Origin: Chloroflexota bacterium
GTDB lineage: Bacteria; Chloroflexota; Dehalococcoidia; UBA2979
Direction of reading: 5' to 3'
DNA: 64,000 nucleotides
Assembly (NCBI GenBank): GCA_009840945.1
Contig: VXMU01000044.1
Span: forward strand, 15,945 to 79,944
In this document: piece after piece, positions 39,356-49,361 of the stretch
Layout of the letters: the number at the start of each line of letters is the position of its first letter
How positions within the stretch are numbered: the first letter of the stretch is position 1
Notes under the pieces: model-generated
What the model was told of the DNA's origin: nothing
Seen by the model: the letters and a program-made list of their open reading frames with translations, nothing else
Database searches by the model: none
Program-made: the position numbers and the translations under genes

Positions 39356-41233
39356 TCAGGCGTAGATGTCGAGGCGGTCGCGCGTCAGCCGCTCGCCGAA
39401 GGTCTCGCACAGCACGTCGAAGCGGTCGATGTCGACCTCGCTGACGAAGGAGATCGCTTTGCCCTCGCGGCCCGCACGGCCGGTCCGGCCGGTGCGGTGC
39501 ACATACTCCTCGGCGTTGTCGGCGGCGTCGAAGTTCACCACGTGGGTGATCTCCGGGATGTCGATGCCGCGCGCGGCGACGTTGGTGGCGATGAGCAGGT
39601 CGAGCTGGCCGTCGCGGAAGCTCCGCACCACGCGGTCACGCTTGCGCTGGTCCATGTCGCCGTGCAGCGCCCCCACCTGCACGCCGAGGCCCTGCAGGCG
39701 GTCGGCGAGGCGGTCGACGCCGCGCCGGGTGCGGGAGAACACCAGCGTGCGCCCGCGCAGCTCCCGGTCGATCAACTCGCGTAGCCCGCGCACCTTGTCA
39801 CGCTCGGCCACCTCGAAGTAGACGTGTTCGACGGACTCGACGGTCTCGAGCTCAGAGGCGACGGCGATGGTCTCCGGGCGGTCCATGTAGCGCCGGACGA
39901 GGCGCATGACGTTCTGGGGCATGGTCGCGGAGAAGAGCGCCGTCTGGCGGCGGCGCGGCGTGCGGCCGAGGATGTGCGTGATGTCGGGCAGGAACCCGAT
40001 GTCGAGCATCTGGTCGGCCTCATCGAGCACCGCGTAGCGGATGTTGCTGAGCGAGAGCGTGCGGCGGCGCAGGTGGTCCTTGATGCGCCCCGGCGTGCCG
40101 ACGACGACGTGCGGGTTGGCCTCGAGCGCGCGGAAATCGCCCTGCAGCGCGTGCCCGCCGAGGAGCCCGACGGTGCGCAGCCCGAACGGCCGCCCGATGT
40201 GGGTGAGCACGGAGAGCACCTGCTGCGCCAGCTCGCGCGTCGGCACGAGCACGAGCGCCTGCGCCTCGGCACGTTCGGGGTCGAGCCGCTCTGCCATCGG
40301 CAGGCCGAAGGCGAGCGTCTTGCCGGTGCCGGTCTGCGCGATGCCGACGACGTCGTGGCCGGTGAGCAGGACGGGGATCGACCGCGCCTGCACCGGGGTG
40401 GGCTCGGTGAAGCCCATCTCCATCACCGCGGCGAGCGAGCGATCAGAGACGCCGAGCGCTCGGAACGCCTCCGGCGCCTCGGCAACGTCGATGTCGATCT
40501 CGGGTGGGTCGTCCTCGACAGCCTCGTCGGCCGCCTCGTCCGTCGCCGCGGGTGCGGAGCCGTTGCCGTTCGATGAGCGGTTGCGCCCGCGCCCGCCGCG
40601 GCGTCCGCGACGCCTTCGCTTCGCGGGCGAGGCTTCCGATGTCACCTCGGTGTCATCCGGGCCGTCGGTGGTGGTGGCCGGCGTGGGCGGCGCCGTGTCG
40701 GCGGGCGGCTGCTCGTCGGTGGGGGAATCGGCAGTGGGGTCGGCGTCGCCGTTGCCGAGGACGGGCAGGTTGCGCAGGCCGCCGACCCACACGCGCGGCG
40801 TGGTGCGGGGGCCCGGCGGCGGGCGGCGGCGGCCCGGCAGGATGGTGTCGTCGCCGCCCTCGGCGGCCGGGCGGAACGCGACATCCTCGGGGAGCGGCGC
40901 GTCGAGGTTGCCGCGAGACCTGCGACGCCGGTCTCCGCGACGCTGGTCGTCGCGCCGGTCGGAGCGACGCTCGCCGCGTCGCTCGGATCCGCGGCGGCCG
41001 CCGCGGTCGCGTCGCTCGGTGGTGTTCTGCTGGCTGGATCGGGGTCGGGATTCGGTCTGGGTCTGCGGGATACTCGTTCCTTCGTGCTGGTTGGCGTCGC
41101 TGCGCCGTCCTCGGCCGCGTCCGCCGCGCTTGCCGCGGCGACGCTTCCGGCCGGACCGGGAGGAGGCGGCCGAACTCTCGGCCGCGCTACGGGGTGGTGC
41201 AAGCAAGTCTCGGATGCGGCCGAACAGGCTCAC
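39356..41233 (-). CDS. DEAD-box ATP-dependent RNA helicase with a ~250-aa Arg/Gly-rich, low-complexity N-terminal extension
   Basis: Q-motif (FTEPTPVQARSIP), motif I (AQTGTGKT), motif II (VLDEADQMLDIGF), motif III (SAT), HRTGRTGRAG. Confidence 0.9.
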   Translation of the reverse strand: MSLFGRIRDLLAPPRSAAESSAASSRSGRKRRRGKRGGRGRGRRSDANQHEGTSIPQTQTESRPRSSQQNTTERRDRGGRRGSERRGERRSDRRDDQRRGDRRRRSRGNLDAPLPEDVAFRPAAEGGDDTILPGRRRPPPGPRTTPRVWVGGLRNLPVLGNGDADPTADSPTDEQPPADTAPPTPATTTDGPDDTEVTSEASPAKRRRRGRRGGRGRNRSSNGNGSAPAATDEAADEAVEDDPPEIDIDVAEAPEAFRALGVSDRSLAAVMEMGFTEPTPVQARSIPVLLTGHDVVGIAQTGTGKTLAFGLPMAERLDPERAEAQALVLVPTRELAQQVLSVLTHIGRPFGLRTVGLLGGHALQGDFRALEANPHVVVGTPGRIKDHLRRRTLSLSNIRYAVLDEADQMLDIGFLPDITHILGRTPRRRQTALFSATMPQNVMRLVRRYMDRPETIAVASELETVESVEHVYFEVAERDKVRGLRELIDRELRGRTLVFSRTRRGVDRLADRLQGLGVQVGALHGDMDQRKRDRVVRSFRDGQLDLLIATNVAARGIDIPEITHVVNFDAADNAEEYVHRTGRTGRAGREGKAISFVSEVDIDRFDVLCETFGERLTRDRLDIYA

Positions 41234-41427
41234 CGGCGCTCCTCAAACGCACGGGGATACGAGGGCGCAAGCGCGCTCGCCGGAACGGAGCCCGGTTGTC
41301 GAACCCTGTGCGGTGTCTGGACAGTGCGGTACCCGGCGCTCAGGGGGCCGGGCGACGCCGTGTGCTGCGTCATCGAGCCTCAGTATAACAAGTCTTGCGC
41401 TCCGGGATAGCCGCCCGCCCCACCGGC

Positions 41428-42327
<900 letters not shown>

Positions 42328-42338
42328 CTCATCGCCGC

Positions 42339-43319
42339 TCAATCGCGCTCCGGCCGCAGGTGGCCGCCGAGCGGGGCGTTGAGCGTCAGGCGCTCCTCGG
42401 CCGGCAGGAAGCACACCAGCTCGTCGCAGGCCTGGTAGCGGACCTCGATGCCGATCGGGACGGTGTCGCCGCCGTCCGGCGCCTCGGCCGCCCGGTACGA
42501 GATGGGCACGCGGATGTGGATGTCGCCCTCGAAGACCTGCAGCTCCTCGCCCACGCCCTCGACGAAGAGGGGGCGCGTCGACGGCATCACGGGCGCCTCG
42601 GCCCGCAGTTCCTCGGGACCGGTCACGGCGACGCTGGTTGCCACGAGGCCCTCCGGCACGGGCTCGCCGTACGCGTGCTGACCATCCGGGAGGTCGATGC
42701 GGACCAGCACCTCGACGCGGCTGAAGGGCTTGAGCTCGCGGCTGCCGAGCGAGGCGCTGACCACGGCGCCGCCGCTGGCCGCGGGGTAGCCCTCGGGGTC
42801 ATACCACTCGCCGAGGTCGCCGCGGATGACCATCTCCGCGCTCTCGCGCACCCGGTAGTTGGTGTTGAAGTGCTTCTGCGTGATGCGCCCGTCGGCGTCG
42901 ACGAGGTACGCACCGGGGAAGGGCATGCCGTACAGCCGATGGTCCTCGGGCACCTCGGTGTTGAGGATGCCGTACTCGTTGATCACCACCGAGCCCGCGT
43001 CCGACAGCACCGGGAAGCTGACGCCGTGGCGCTCCGTGAACGCCGCGATGACCTCGACCGGCTCGGGCGTGACGGCGATGACGCGAACCCCTGCGTCGGC
43101 GAAGGCATCCAGGTGTTCCTGCAGCTCCACGAGCTGCGTGCGGCAGTACGGTCACCAGCTGGTGCCGCGCACGAAGACGAGGAAGGCGCGGCCGCCCTCG
43201 CGAGCCTCGTGCACGTCGACCGGGTTGCCGTGCTGGTCGGGGAGCGTGAAGCCCGGCAGTGTCTCGCCGACCTCCGGCCCGGTAGCGAACGGCCTCGATG
43301 CAGACTGCGAAGTGGTCAT
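42339..43319 (-). CDS. Candidate selenoprotein: thioredoxin-fold redoxin (TlpA/AhpC-TSA-like) with an in-frame TGA (plus coordinates 43152-43154) at the first position of the CxxC motif (W-U-P-Y-C), plus a C-terminal domain containing CDELVC
   Basis: The two ORFs 43152..43340 and 42339..43130 share one frame, separated only by a TGA. Upstream of the TGA is ..GRAFLVFVRGTSW; downstream is PYCRTQLVELQEHLDAFADAGVRVIAVTPE.., which completes the redoxin fold. Confidence 0.55.
43121..43137 (-). promoter_or_regulatory. Possible bacterial SECIS-like hairpin (GCAGCUC-GUG-GAGCUGC) 14 nt downstream of the in-frame UGA
   Basis: Perfect 7-bp stem with a GUG apical loop, read directly in the mRNA sense; spacing roughly comparable to bacterial SECIS elements. 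Confidence 0.3.
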
Positions 43320-43420
43320 GGCGCCGATCCTCACGCGCACGCTCGCGCTGTGTCTAGCATGATGCTATCAGCGCCGCGACACGGCGGCTGCACGCGCGTC
43401 ACAATCCGGCGGGGAGCGCG

Positions 43421-43834
43421 ATGACAGCTCGATTCCTGACGCCGTTCGAGCGCCTCGGCGGCCGCGAGGTCCTCCACCGCATCATCGACGACTTCTACGC
43501 CCGCATCGACGCCGACGCGGAGCTGCGCCTGGTCTTCCCCGACGACCTCGTGCCGGGCCGGGAGAAGCAGAAGCTGTTCCTGGAGCAGTGGCTGGGCGGT
43601 GAGCCGCTGTACGAGCGCGCCCACGGCGCGCCGATGATGCGCCGCCGCCACCTGCCCTTCGCCATCACCGTGCCGGCCGCCGAGCGCTGGCTCGCGCACT
43701 TCGAGGGCGCCCTCGTCGCGGACGGGATCGACGAGGCGCTGGCGACGGAGATCATGACGGCGCTGCGGCCCGTGGCGATGCGGATGGTGAACACCCGCGA
43801 GGTCGAGGGCACCGAGGACGGGGGCAGCACCTAG
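43421..43834 (+). CDS. glbO: Group-II truncated haemoglobin (trHbO/GlbO)
   Basis: ..LHRIIDDFYARIDADAELRLVFPDDL..QKLFLEQWLGGEPLY..PMMRRRHLPFAIT..ERWLAHF.. Confidence 0.8.
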   Translation: MTARFLTPFERLGGREVLHRIIDDFYARIDADAELRLVFPDDLVPGREKQKLFLEQWLGGEPLYERAHGAPMMRRRHLPFAITVPAAERWLAHFEGALVADGIDEALATEIMTALRPVAMRMVNTREVEGTEDGGST

Positions 43835-43851
43835 GGGGGCGCTCTGACGTA

Positions 43852-43935
43852 CCAGTTTCCTACTAAGGGAGCTAGGACTAGTATTTGGCCGCGCAGTGTG
43901 TTCTACTAATCCCAACGACGCTAGTAGGAAACTGG
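43852..43935. promoter_or_regulatory. 14-bp inverted repeat (CCAGTTTCCTACTA ... TAGTAGGAAACTGG) enclosing four CTACTA/TAGTAG motif copies; putative operator/promoter of the fic gene
   Basis: Perfect inverted arms at 43852-43865 and 43922-43935; AT-richer DNA. Confidence 0.5.
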
Positions 43936-43940
43936 AAGTT

Positions 43941-45287
43941 GTGAGAATCCCCGAGTCGCCACCACCGCATTCCGAACTGTTCGTGGAGCTGACTGCTAAG
44001 CAGCCAGAGCTCTCACTCCAACTGCTCGCTGATGGTCGGCCTGTCGACCCGAGGGGTCGCTATCTCCACTGGGATCAGCTGCGGAGGCGGACTCCCCCGA
44101 ACGACTGGACGAGCAAGCAATGGTGGCTCGCGACTGCCATTGCTCGGCAGGCACTGGCCCGCCCTCTGCCACTTGTGGCTGTGGATGGGCAACCGTTCCG
44201 CTACAGCAACATTGACCGGGTTCAAGAACTCGTCCATCGCATCGATCAGCAAGCGAGTGGACACATCCTTGCCGATCAGAGCGTGACGAACCCGCGTGTC
44301 CGAGATCGGTTTGTCATCAGCTCGTTGATCGAGGAGGCGATCACATCGAGCCAGTTAGAAGGAGCGAGCACCACGCGGCCGGCCGCTAGGGAGATGCTCC
44401 AGAGTGGCCGCCTCCCGCAAGATCGCAGCGAGCGCATGATCCTGAACAACTACGAGGCCATACGCGCCGTGGAAGAACTTGCGTCAGGCGCTGAGCCCCT
44501 AACGCCGAGCCACGTGCTCGAACTACATCGCATTGTCACGCGCGACACGCTCGATGACGAACGCGATGCCGGACGACTGCAGATGCCCGGGGACGAGCGC
44601 ATAGTGGTGGGCGGTTACGACGGACAGGTGGTCTACCAACCTCCGCCAGCCGAGGAGCTTCCGGACCGGCTGGAGAGGCTTTGTGACTTCGCAAACGGCA
44701 GCGGGGCTGACGGGTTCATCCATCCGGTGGTGCGGGCCATCGTTCTACATTTCGTGCTGGCCTACGACCACCCCTTCGCGGATGGGAACGGGCGGACTGC
44801 ACGCGCACTCTTCTACTGGTCGATGCTGCGCTCGGGCTACTGGCTAGCGCAGTTTCTATCGATATCGAGCATCCTGCGCCGCGATCGGCGGGAGTACGCC
44901 GAGTCGTATCTCCATGTCGAGACCGATAACAACGATGTCACCTACTTCGTGATTCACCAACTGGAGGTGATCGTCCGGGCTCTGAAGAGTCTCGATGAGT
45001 ACCTCGCCCGAAAGATGAAGGAGCAGCGCGACGCCGAGCTACTCCTGCGTGGCCGCGCGGACCTGAACCATCGCCAACACGTTCTCATTAGTGACGCGCT
45101 TCGGGATCCGGGAGCCACCTTTACCATTCAAGCGCAGGCCAATCGACACGGAGTCACCTATGAGACTGCTCGTACCGACCTGCTCCGACTTGAGAAACTT
45201 GGGCTGTTCAGCAAGACGCGTGTGGGCAAGAAGTTCATCTTCGTTCCACTCCCGACATTGACCGGTCAGCTCGCAGCTGACAACTGA
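43941..45287 (+). CDS. Fic-family protein (class-II-like: internal inhibitory SSQLEG motif, Fic motif HPFADGNGRTAR, C-terminal wHTH-like region); the longest ORF starts at 43896 inside the inverted repeat
   Basis: Canonical HxFx(D/E)GNGRxxR motif; (S/T)xxxE(G/N) motif ~130 residues upstream; markedly lower GC than its surroundings. Confidence 0.8.
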   Translation: MRIPESPPPHSELFVELTAKQPELSLQLLADGRPVDPRGRYLHWDQLRRRTPPNDWTSKQWWLATAIARQALARPLPLVAVDGQPFRYSNIDRVQELVHRIDQQASGHILADQSVTNPRVRDRFVISSLIEEAITSSQLEGASTTRPAAREMLQSGRLPQDRSERMILNNYEAIRAVEELASGAEPLTPSHVLELHRIVTRDTLDDERDAGRLQMPGDERIVVGGYDGQVVYQPPPAEELPDRLERLCDFANGSGADGFIHPVVRAIVLHFVLAYDHPFADGNGRTARALFYWSMLRSGYWLAQFLSISSILRRDRREYAESYLHVETDNNDVTYFVIHQLEVIVRALKSLDEYLARKMKEQRDAELLLRGRADLNHRQHVLISDALRDPGATFTIQAQANRHGVTYETARTDLLRLEKLGLFSKTRVGKKFIFVPLPTLTGQLAADN

Positions 45288-45396
45288 CCGGCCATCGCGC
45301 CCAGCGGGCTACGCAGCGCCTCGCCGTGCAAGGCGGGCGCGAGGCTTCTATCGTACGGGCGCGCGGCAGGGGCAGCCGCGCGAGGGGGGCCTCGAT

Positions 45397-47913
45397 ATGA
45401 CCGGGCTGATGCCGCTCGACGACGTACGCGTGATCGACCTCACCCACACCAGCGCGGGGCCGTTCTGCACCCGCATCCTCGCCGACTACGGCGCCGACGT
45501 GATCAAGATTGAGCGGCCCGGCGGCGACCCGGCGCGGCAGCTTCCACCGTTCCCCAACGACGAGCCGCATTCGGAGCGCTCCGGCACCTTCCTGTTCCTC
45601 AACACCAACAAGCGCAGCGTCGTGCTCGACCTCAAGACCGACGGGGGGCGCGAGACGCTGCTCCGCCTCGTCGCCGGCGCCGACGTGGTCGTCGAGAACT
45701 TCAAGCCCGGCACGCTCGACCGCCTCGGCATCGGCTACGACGTGCTGCGCGAGGTGAACCCGACGATCGTGCTCACCTCGATCTCCAACTTCGGGCAGGA
45801 CGGCCCGTACCGCGACTACGAGGCGACCGACCTCACGCTGTTCGGCATGGGCGGGGCGATGTACGCGCAGGGCGACGTCGACCACGAGCCGCTCAAGACG
45901 GCCGGCCGCATTACCAGCTACCACGGGGGCTACGTCGGCGCGCTCGCGACGGCCGTCGCGCTGCGCGCCACCGCCGACCGCGGCGAGGGCGAGCACCTGG
46001 ACATCAGCATCTACGAGACGGCGAACCACTCGATCGACCTGCGGCTCGGGCGCCTGCTCGGGTTCCAGTACTCGGGGCGCGTCGCCCCGCGCGCGGGGCG
46101 CGTCTCGCAGGTCGGCACGGGCGTCTTCCCGTGCTCCGACGGTTTCTTCCTCATGACCGGCGGGCCGGCCTACATGCCGCGCATCCTGCCCATGGTGGGA
46201 CGCGCCGACCTCCTCGATCACCCCGACTGGTCGACGCCCGCGGCGCTCTCCGCGCCCGAGCGCATCGAGGAGTTCATCCCGATCATCCTGCCGTGGATGA
46301 TCGAGCGGACCCGCGCGCAGGTCCGTGACGCCTGTCAGGAGTTCGGCGTGCTCGGCGGCCCGCTCAACACCATCGCCGACACGTTCGAGGACCCCAACTT
46401 CACGCACCGCAACTTCTACCAGACCATCGACCACCCCGAGACCGGCCCGCTGACCTACCCCGGCTTCCACGCGCACTTCCGCCGCGAGGAGGGGCCGATG
46501 CCGGAGCGGCGTCGCGCGCCGCTCCTCGGTGAGCACACCGAGGAGGTGCTGGCCGAGCTGGAGGCGTCGTCACCCGCGCCCGCGGCCTCGCCGCCGCCCC
46601 GCGTCTCCTCCTCGAAGCAACTGCCGCTCGAGGGGCTGCGCATCCTCGACTTCACGGTGGTGTGGGCCGGGCCCTACTCGACCATGCAGCTCGCCGACTG
46701 GGGCGCCGAGGTGATCCGGGTCGAGTCCGTCATGCACCTCGCGCCCGCGACGCGCGGGCAGCTCGCGCGGCCGCCACGGGACGCGGTGATCGCGCAGGGC
46801 AACAGCGGCATGGGCTTCCCCGACGACGACGCCGGGCCGCGCCCGTGGAACATGGCCGCCTCCTTCAACTGCCACGCCCGCAACAAGCTCTCGATGACCG
46901 TCGACCTCACCCGGCCGGAGGGCCAGGACGTGCTCGACCGCCTGCTCGCCGTCTCGGACGGGGTGATCGAGAACAACCTCCCGCCCAACATCGAGAAGCA
47001 GGGCGTCACCTGGGAGCGGCTGTCGAGGGTCAACCCGAACCTCGTCATGGTGCGGATCCCGGGCTTCGGCATCGACGGCCCGTACCGCAGCTACCGGACG
47101 ATGGGTCACCACATGGAGGCGCTGGCCGGGCACCCTGCCATCCGCAGCTACCCGGGCCTGAGCCTCGAGTACGCCCCCACCGCCGTGCCGTCCGACGCCG
47201 CCTCCGGCATCGGCGCGGCGCTCGCGTTCCTCCTCGGCATCCGCTACCGCGAACGCACCGGGCGAGGGCTCATGATCGAGCAGGCGACGGCGGAGAACTT
47301 CATGCCGATGGTCGGCGAGTTCATCCTCGACTACTCAATGAACGGCCGCCTCTGGGACCGCATGGGCAACGACCACTGGTGGCTGGCCCCGCACAACGTC
47401 TACCGCACGTACGGCGAGGACGCCTGGGTCACCATCGCCGTCCGCAACGAGGAGGAGTGGCGGCGGCTCTGCGACGTGATGCGCCGCCACGACCTCATCG
47501 ACGACCCGCGCTTCGCCGACATGGCGAGCCGCTACGCGAACCGCCGCGAGCTGGACGCCGAGATCGCGGCCTGGACGGAGGGCATTGACGCGTCCTGGAT
47601 CCAGCAGCGGCTCCAGCAGGTGGGCGTGCCCGCGGGCGTGGTGATGGACGAGGCGATCGCCTTCGAGGACCGCCAGCACGCGGCGCGCGGCTTCTTCCAG
47701 GAGATCGCGCACCCGGACGCGGGGACGCACCTCAACGTGGGCCGGGCGTGGCGCGCGAGCGGCACGCCGATGACGCCCGCCCGGCACGCCCCGCTGCTGG
47801 GCCAGCACAACGAGTACGTGTACCGCGAGCTGCTCGGCTTCTCCGAGGAGGAGTACGCGCGCTACGAGGAGCTGAACCACATCGGGACGGCCTACCACCC
47901 CTCTATCCCCTGA
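45397..47913 (+). CDS. Fusion of two CoA-transferase family III (CaiB/BaiF) domains
   Basis: Two N-terminal-type motifs (..VRVIDLTHTSAGPFCTRILADYGADVIKIE.. and ..LRILDFTVVWAGPYSTMQLADWGAEVIRVE..), each followed by a full CaiB fold. Confidence 0.8.
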   Translation: MTGLMPLDDVRVIDLTHTSAGPFCTRILADYGADVIKIERPGGDPARQLPPFPNDEPHSERSGTFLFLNTNKRSVVLDLKTDGGRETLLRLVAGADVVVENFKPGTLDRLGIGYDVLREVNPTIVLTSISNFGQDGPYRDYEATDLTLFGMGGAMYAQGDVDHEPLKTAGRITSYHGGYVGALATAVALRATADRGEGEHLDISIYETANHSIDLRLGRLLGFQYSGRVAPRAGRVSQVGTGVFPCSDGFFLMTGGPAYMPRILPMVGRADLLDHPDWSTPAALSAPERIEEFIPIILPWMIERTRAQVRDACQEFGVLGGPLNTIADTFEDPNFTHRNFYQTIDHPETGPLTYPGFHAHFRREEGPMPERRRAPLLGEHTEEVLAELEASSPAPAASPPPRVSSSKQLPLEGLRILDFTVVWAGPYSTMQLADWGAEVIRVESVMHLAPATRGQLARPPRDAVIAQGNSGMGFPDDDAGPRPWNMAASFNCHARNKLSMTVDLTRPEGQDVLDRLLAVSDGVIENNLPPNIEKQGVTWERLSRVNPNLVMVRIPGFGIDGPYRSYRTMGHHMEALAGHPAIRSYPGLSLEYAPTAVPSDAASGIGAALAFLLGIRYRERTGRGLMIEQATAENFMPMVGEFILDYSMNGRLWDRMGNDHWWLAPHNVYRTYGEDAWVTIAVRNEEEWRRLCDVMRRHDLIDDPRFADMASRYANRRELDAEIAAWTEGIDASWIQQRLQQVGVPAGVVMDEAIAFEDRQHAARGFFQEIAHPDAGTHLNVGRAWRASGTPMTPARHAPLLGQHNEYVYRELLGFSEEEYARYEELNHIGTAYHPSIP

Positions 47914-47990
47914 GCGGCCTCTGCCACCGCTGGGGTGCGGCGCATCCCTCGTGCGTGCCGTAGAGTGGCGGCGCGCGCGAGAGGAGCGAG

Positions 47991-48677
47991 ATGGTCCAGC
48001 AGCCACAGCGATTCATCGAGTCGTGCTACCACCCCGAGGACCTCCAGACCGCGACGCAGGGTCGGCGGCTCGTCGGCTACGTGCTGGACTCGCTGATCGT
48101 CGTGCTCACGTTCGGCATCGGGTGGCTCGTGTGGTTGCTCCTCGCCGCGCCGCGGGGCCAGTCACCCGGCAAGCAGCTGCTCGGGATGTACATCATCCGC
48201 TCGGACGGCACCCGCGCCGGTGGCGCCTACACGTGGGTGCGCGAGCTGATCATCAAGGTCCTGCTCTTCGGTGGGCTCTTCGCCGTCCTCGGTGCGATGA
48301 CGGGCGGCCTCGGTCAGCTGCTCTGGGTGGTCCCGGCGCTGTGGTGCGTGTGGGACGCGGAGCGGCAGTGCCTCTGGGACAAGGTCGGTTCGACGTACAT
48401 CGCGCACTCGCCGCAGGGCTACCGCCCGCCGACGGCCGACGAGATGGCGGCGCGCGGCGAGCAGCCGCCCGCCGCCGGCGGCATCCCGTCCGGCCGCGTC
48501 GATCCCCCCGCGCCGCCCTCGCCGTCCGGCTTGATGGACTACCCCCGCGAGGCCGCCTCGATGCGCGAGGAGTCGAACGCCGAGCGCCTGCGCGAGCTCC
48601 AGCGCCTCCACAGCGAGGGCCAGATCACGGACGAGGAGTACGAGGAACAGCGCGCCCGCATCATGGATGACGTATAG
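47991..48677 (+). CDS. RDD-family membrane protein with a C-terminal SHOCT domain
   Basis: RDD TM region plus C-terminal ..ERLRELQRLHSEGQITDEEYEEQRARIM. Confidence 0.65.
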   Translation: MVQQPQRFIESCYHPEDLQTATQGRRLVGYVLDSLIVVLTFGIGWLVWLLLAAPRGQSPGKQLLGMYIIRSDGTRAGGAYTWVRELIIKVLLFGGLFAVLGAMTGGLGQLLWVVPALWCVWDAERQCLWDKVGSTYIAHSPQGYRPPTADEMAARGEQPPAAGGIPSGRVDPPAPPSPSGLMDYPREAASMREESNAERLRELQRLHSEGQITDEEYEEQRARIMDDV

Positions 48678-48731
48678 TCCCCGCGCGCAAGCTTTGCGGC
48701 ACGCACGCAACGAGCCAGGGGGCGAGGCGCG

Positions 48732-49286
48732 TTGGAACCGGACACGGGCGAGCACGGTACAGGTAGCGGACGTCCCACCTCCGACCGTTTGCGCGAGCTG
48801 CAGCAGCTCCGCGACGAAGGCCTGATCACTGATGAGGAGTTCGACGAGCGCCGGAGGGTGGTGCTTGATCAGGCGTTCGGCTCGGAGGCACCGGCAACCG
48901 CAGCGCCTGAGCCTGAGGAGGGCGCCGAGCCGCCAACCGACCCACCGAGGGCAACACGGGCAGACCAGCGCAGACAGCAGAGCGCTGCAGCACGGTCAGG
49001 GTCCAGCGCTCGTCCGGCTCGGCCGCTGCCACGACGCTGGTCTCCCGGACACCGCGCCACGTCCCCTGCGCCTGCCGAGAGACAGGGCGGTAGGTCCGGG
49101 ATTCATCGTGGGTGGTTGATTGCGGCTGCGGTCGCCTTCGCCCTGTTTGTCGCGTACTCCTGCGGGCCAGAGGCCATCTGCCTCGGCCAAGGCGGCGATC
49201 TGGCACAGAATGCCTTCGGAATGGAATGGTGCGACCTGGATCGCGACGGCACGCTATCTGAGGGTGACTTCAGGCTCGCGTGGTAA
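48732..49286 (+). CDS. SHOCT-domain protein (N-terminal SHOCT, disordered linker, TM helix, Cys-containing C-terminus); start uncertain (TTG)
   Basis: ..DRLRELQQLRDEGLITDEEFDERRRVVL.. SHOCT motif; lower GC. Confidence 0.45.
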   Translation: MEPDTGEHGTGSGRPTSDRLRELQQLRDEGLITDEEFDERRRVVLDQAFGSEAPATAAPEPEEGAEPPTDPPRATRADQRRQQSAAARSGSSARPARPLPRRWSPGHRATSPAPAERQGGRSGIHRGWLIAAAVAFALFVAYSCGPEAICLGQGGDLAQNAFGMEWCDLDRDGTLSEGDFRLAW

Positions 49287-49361
49287 GACCATCGTGAGGC
49301 CGTAGGAGGCTATCGAAGGGACTCCGCAGTCGTCCGGGAACTGTGGAGGTGGTGGACTGCC

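Noticed and set aside
42339-43340. Interpretation of the TGA-split redoxin as two independent genes
   Set aside because: Neither half is a complete thioredoxin fold on its own, and the break falls precisely on the catalytic Cys/Sec codon. Sec read-through is favoured, with pseudogene kept as an alternative.
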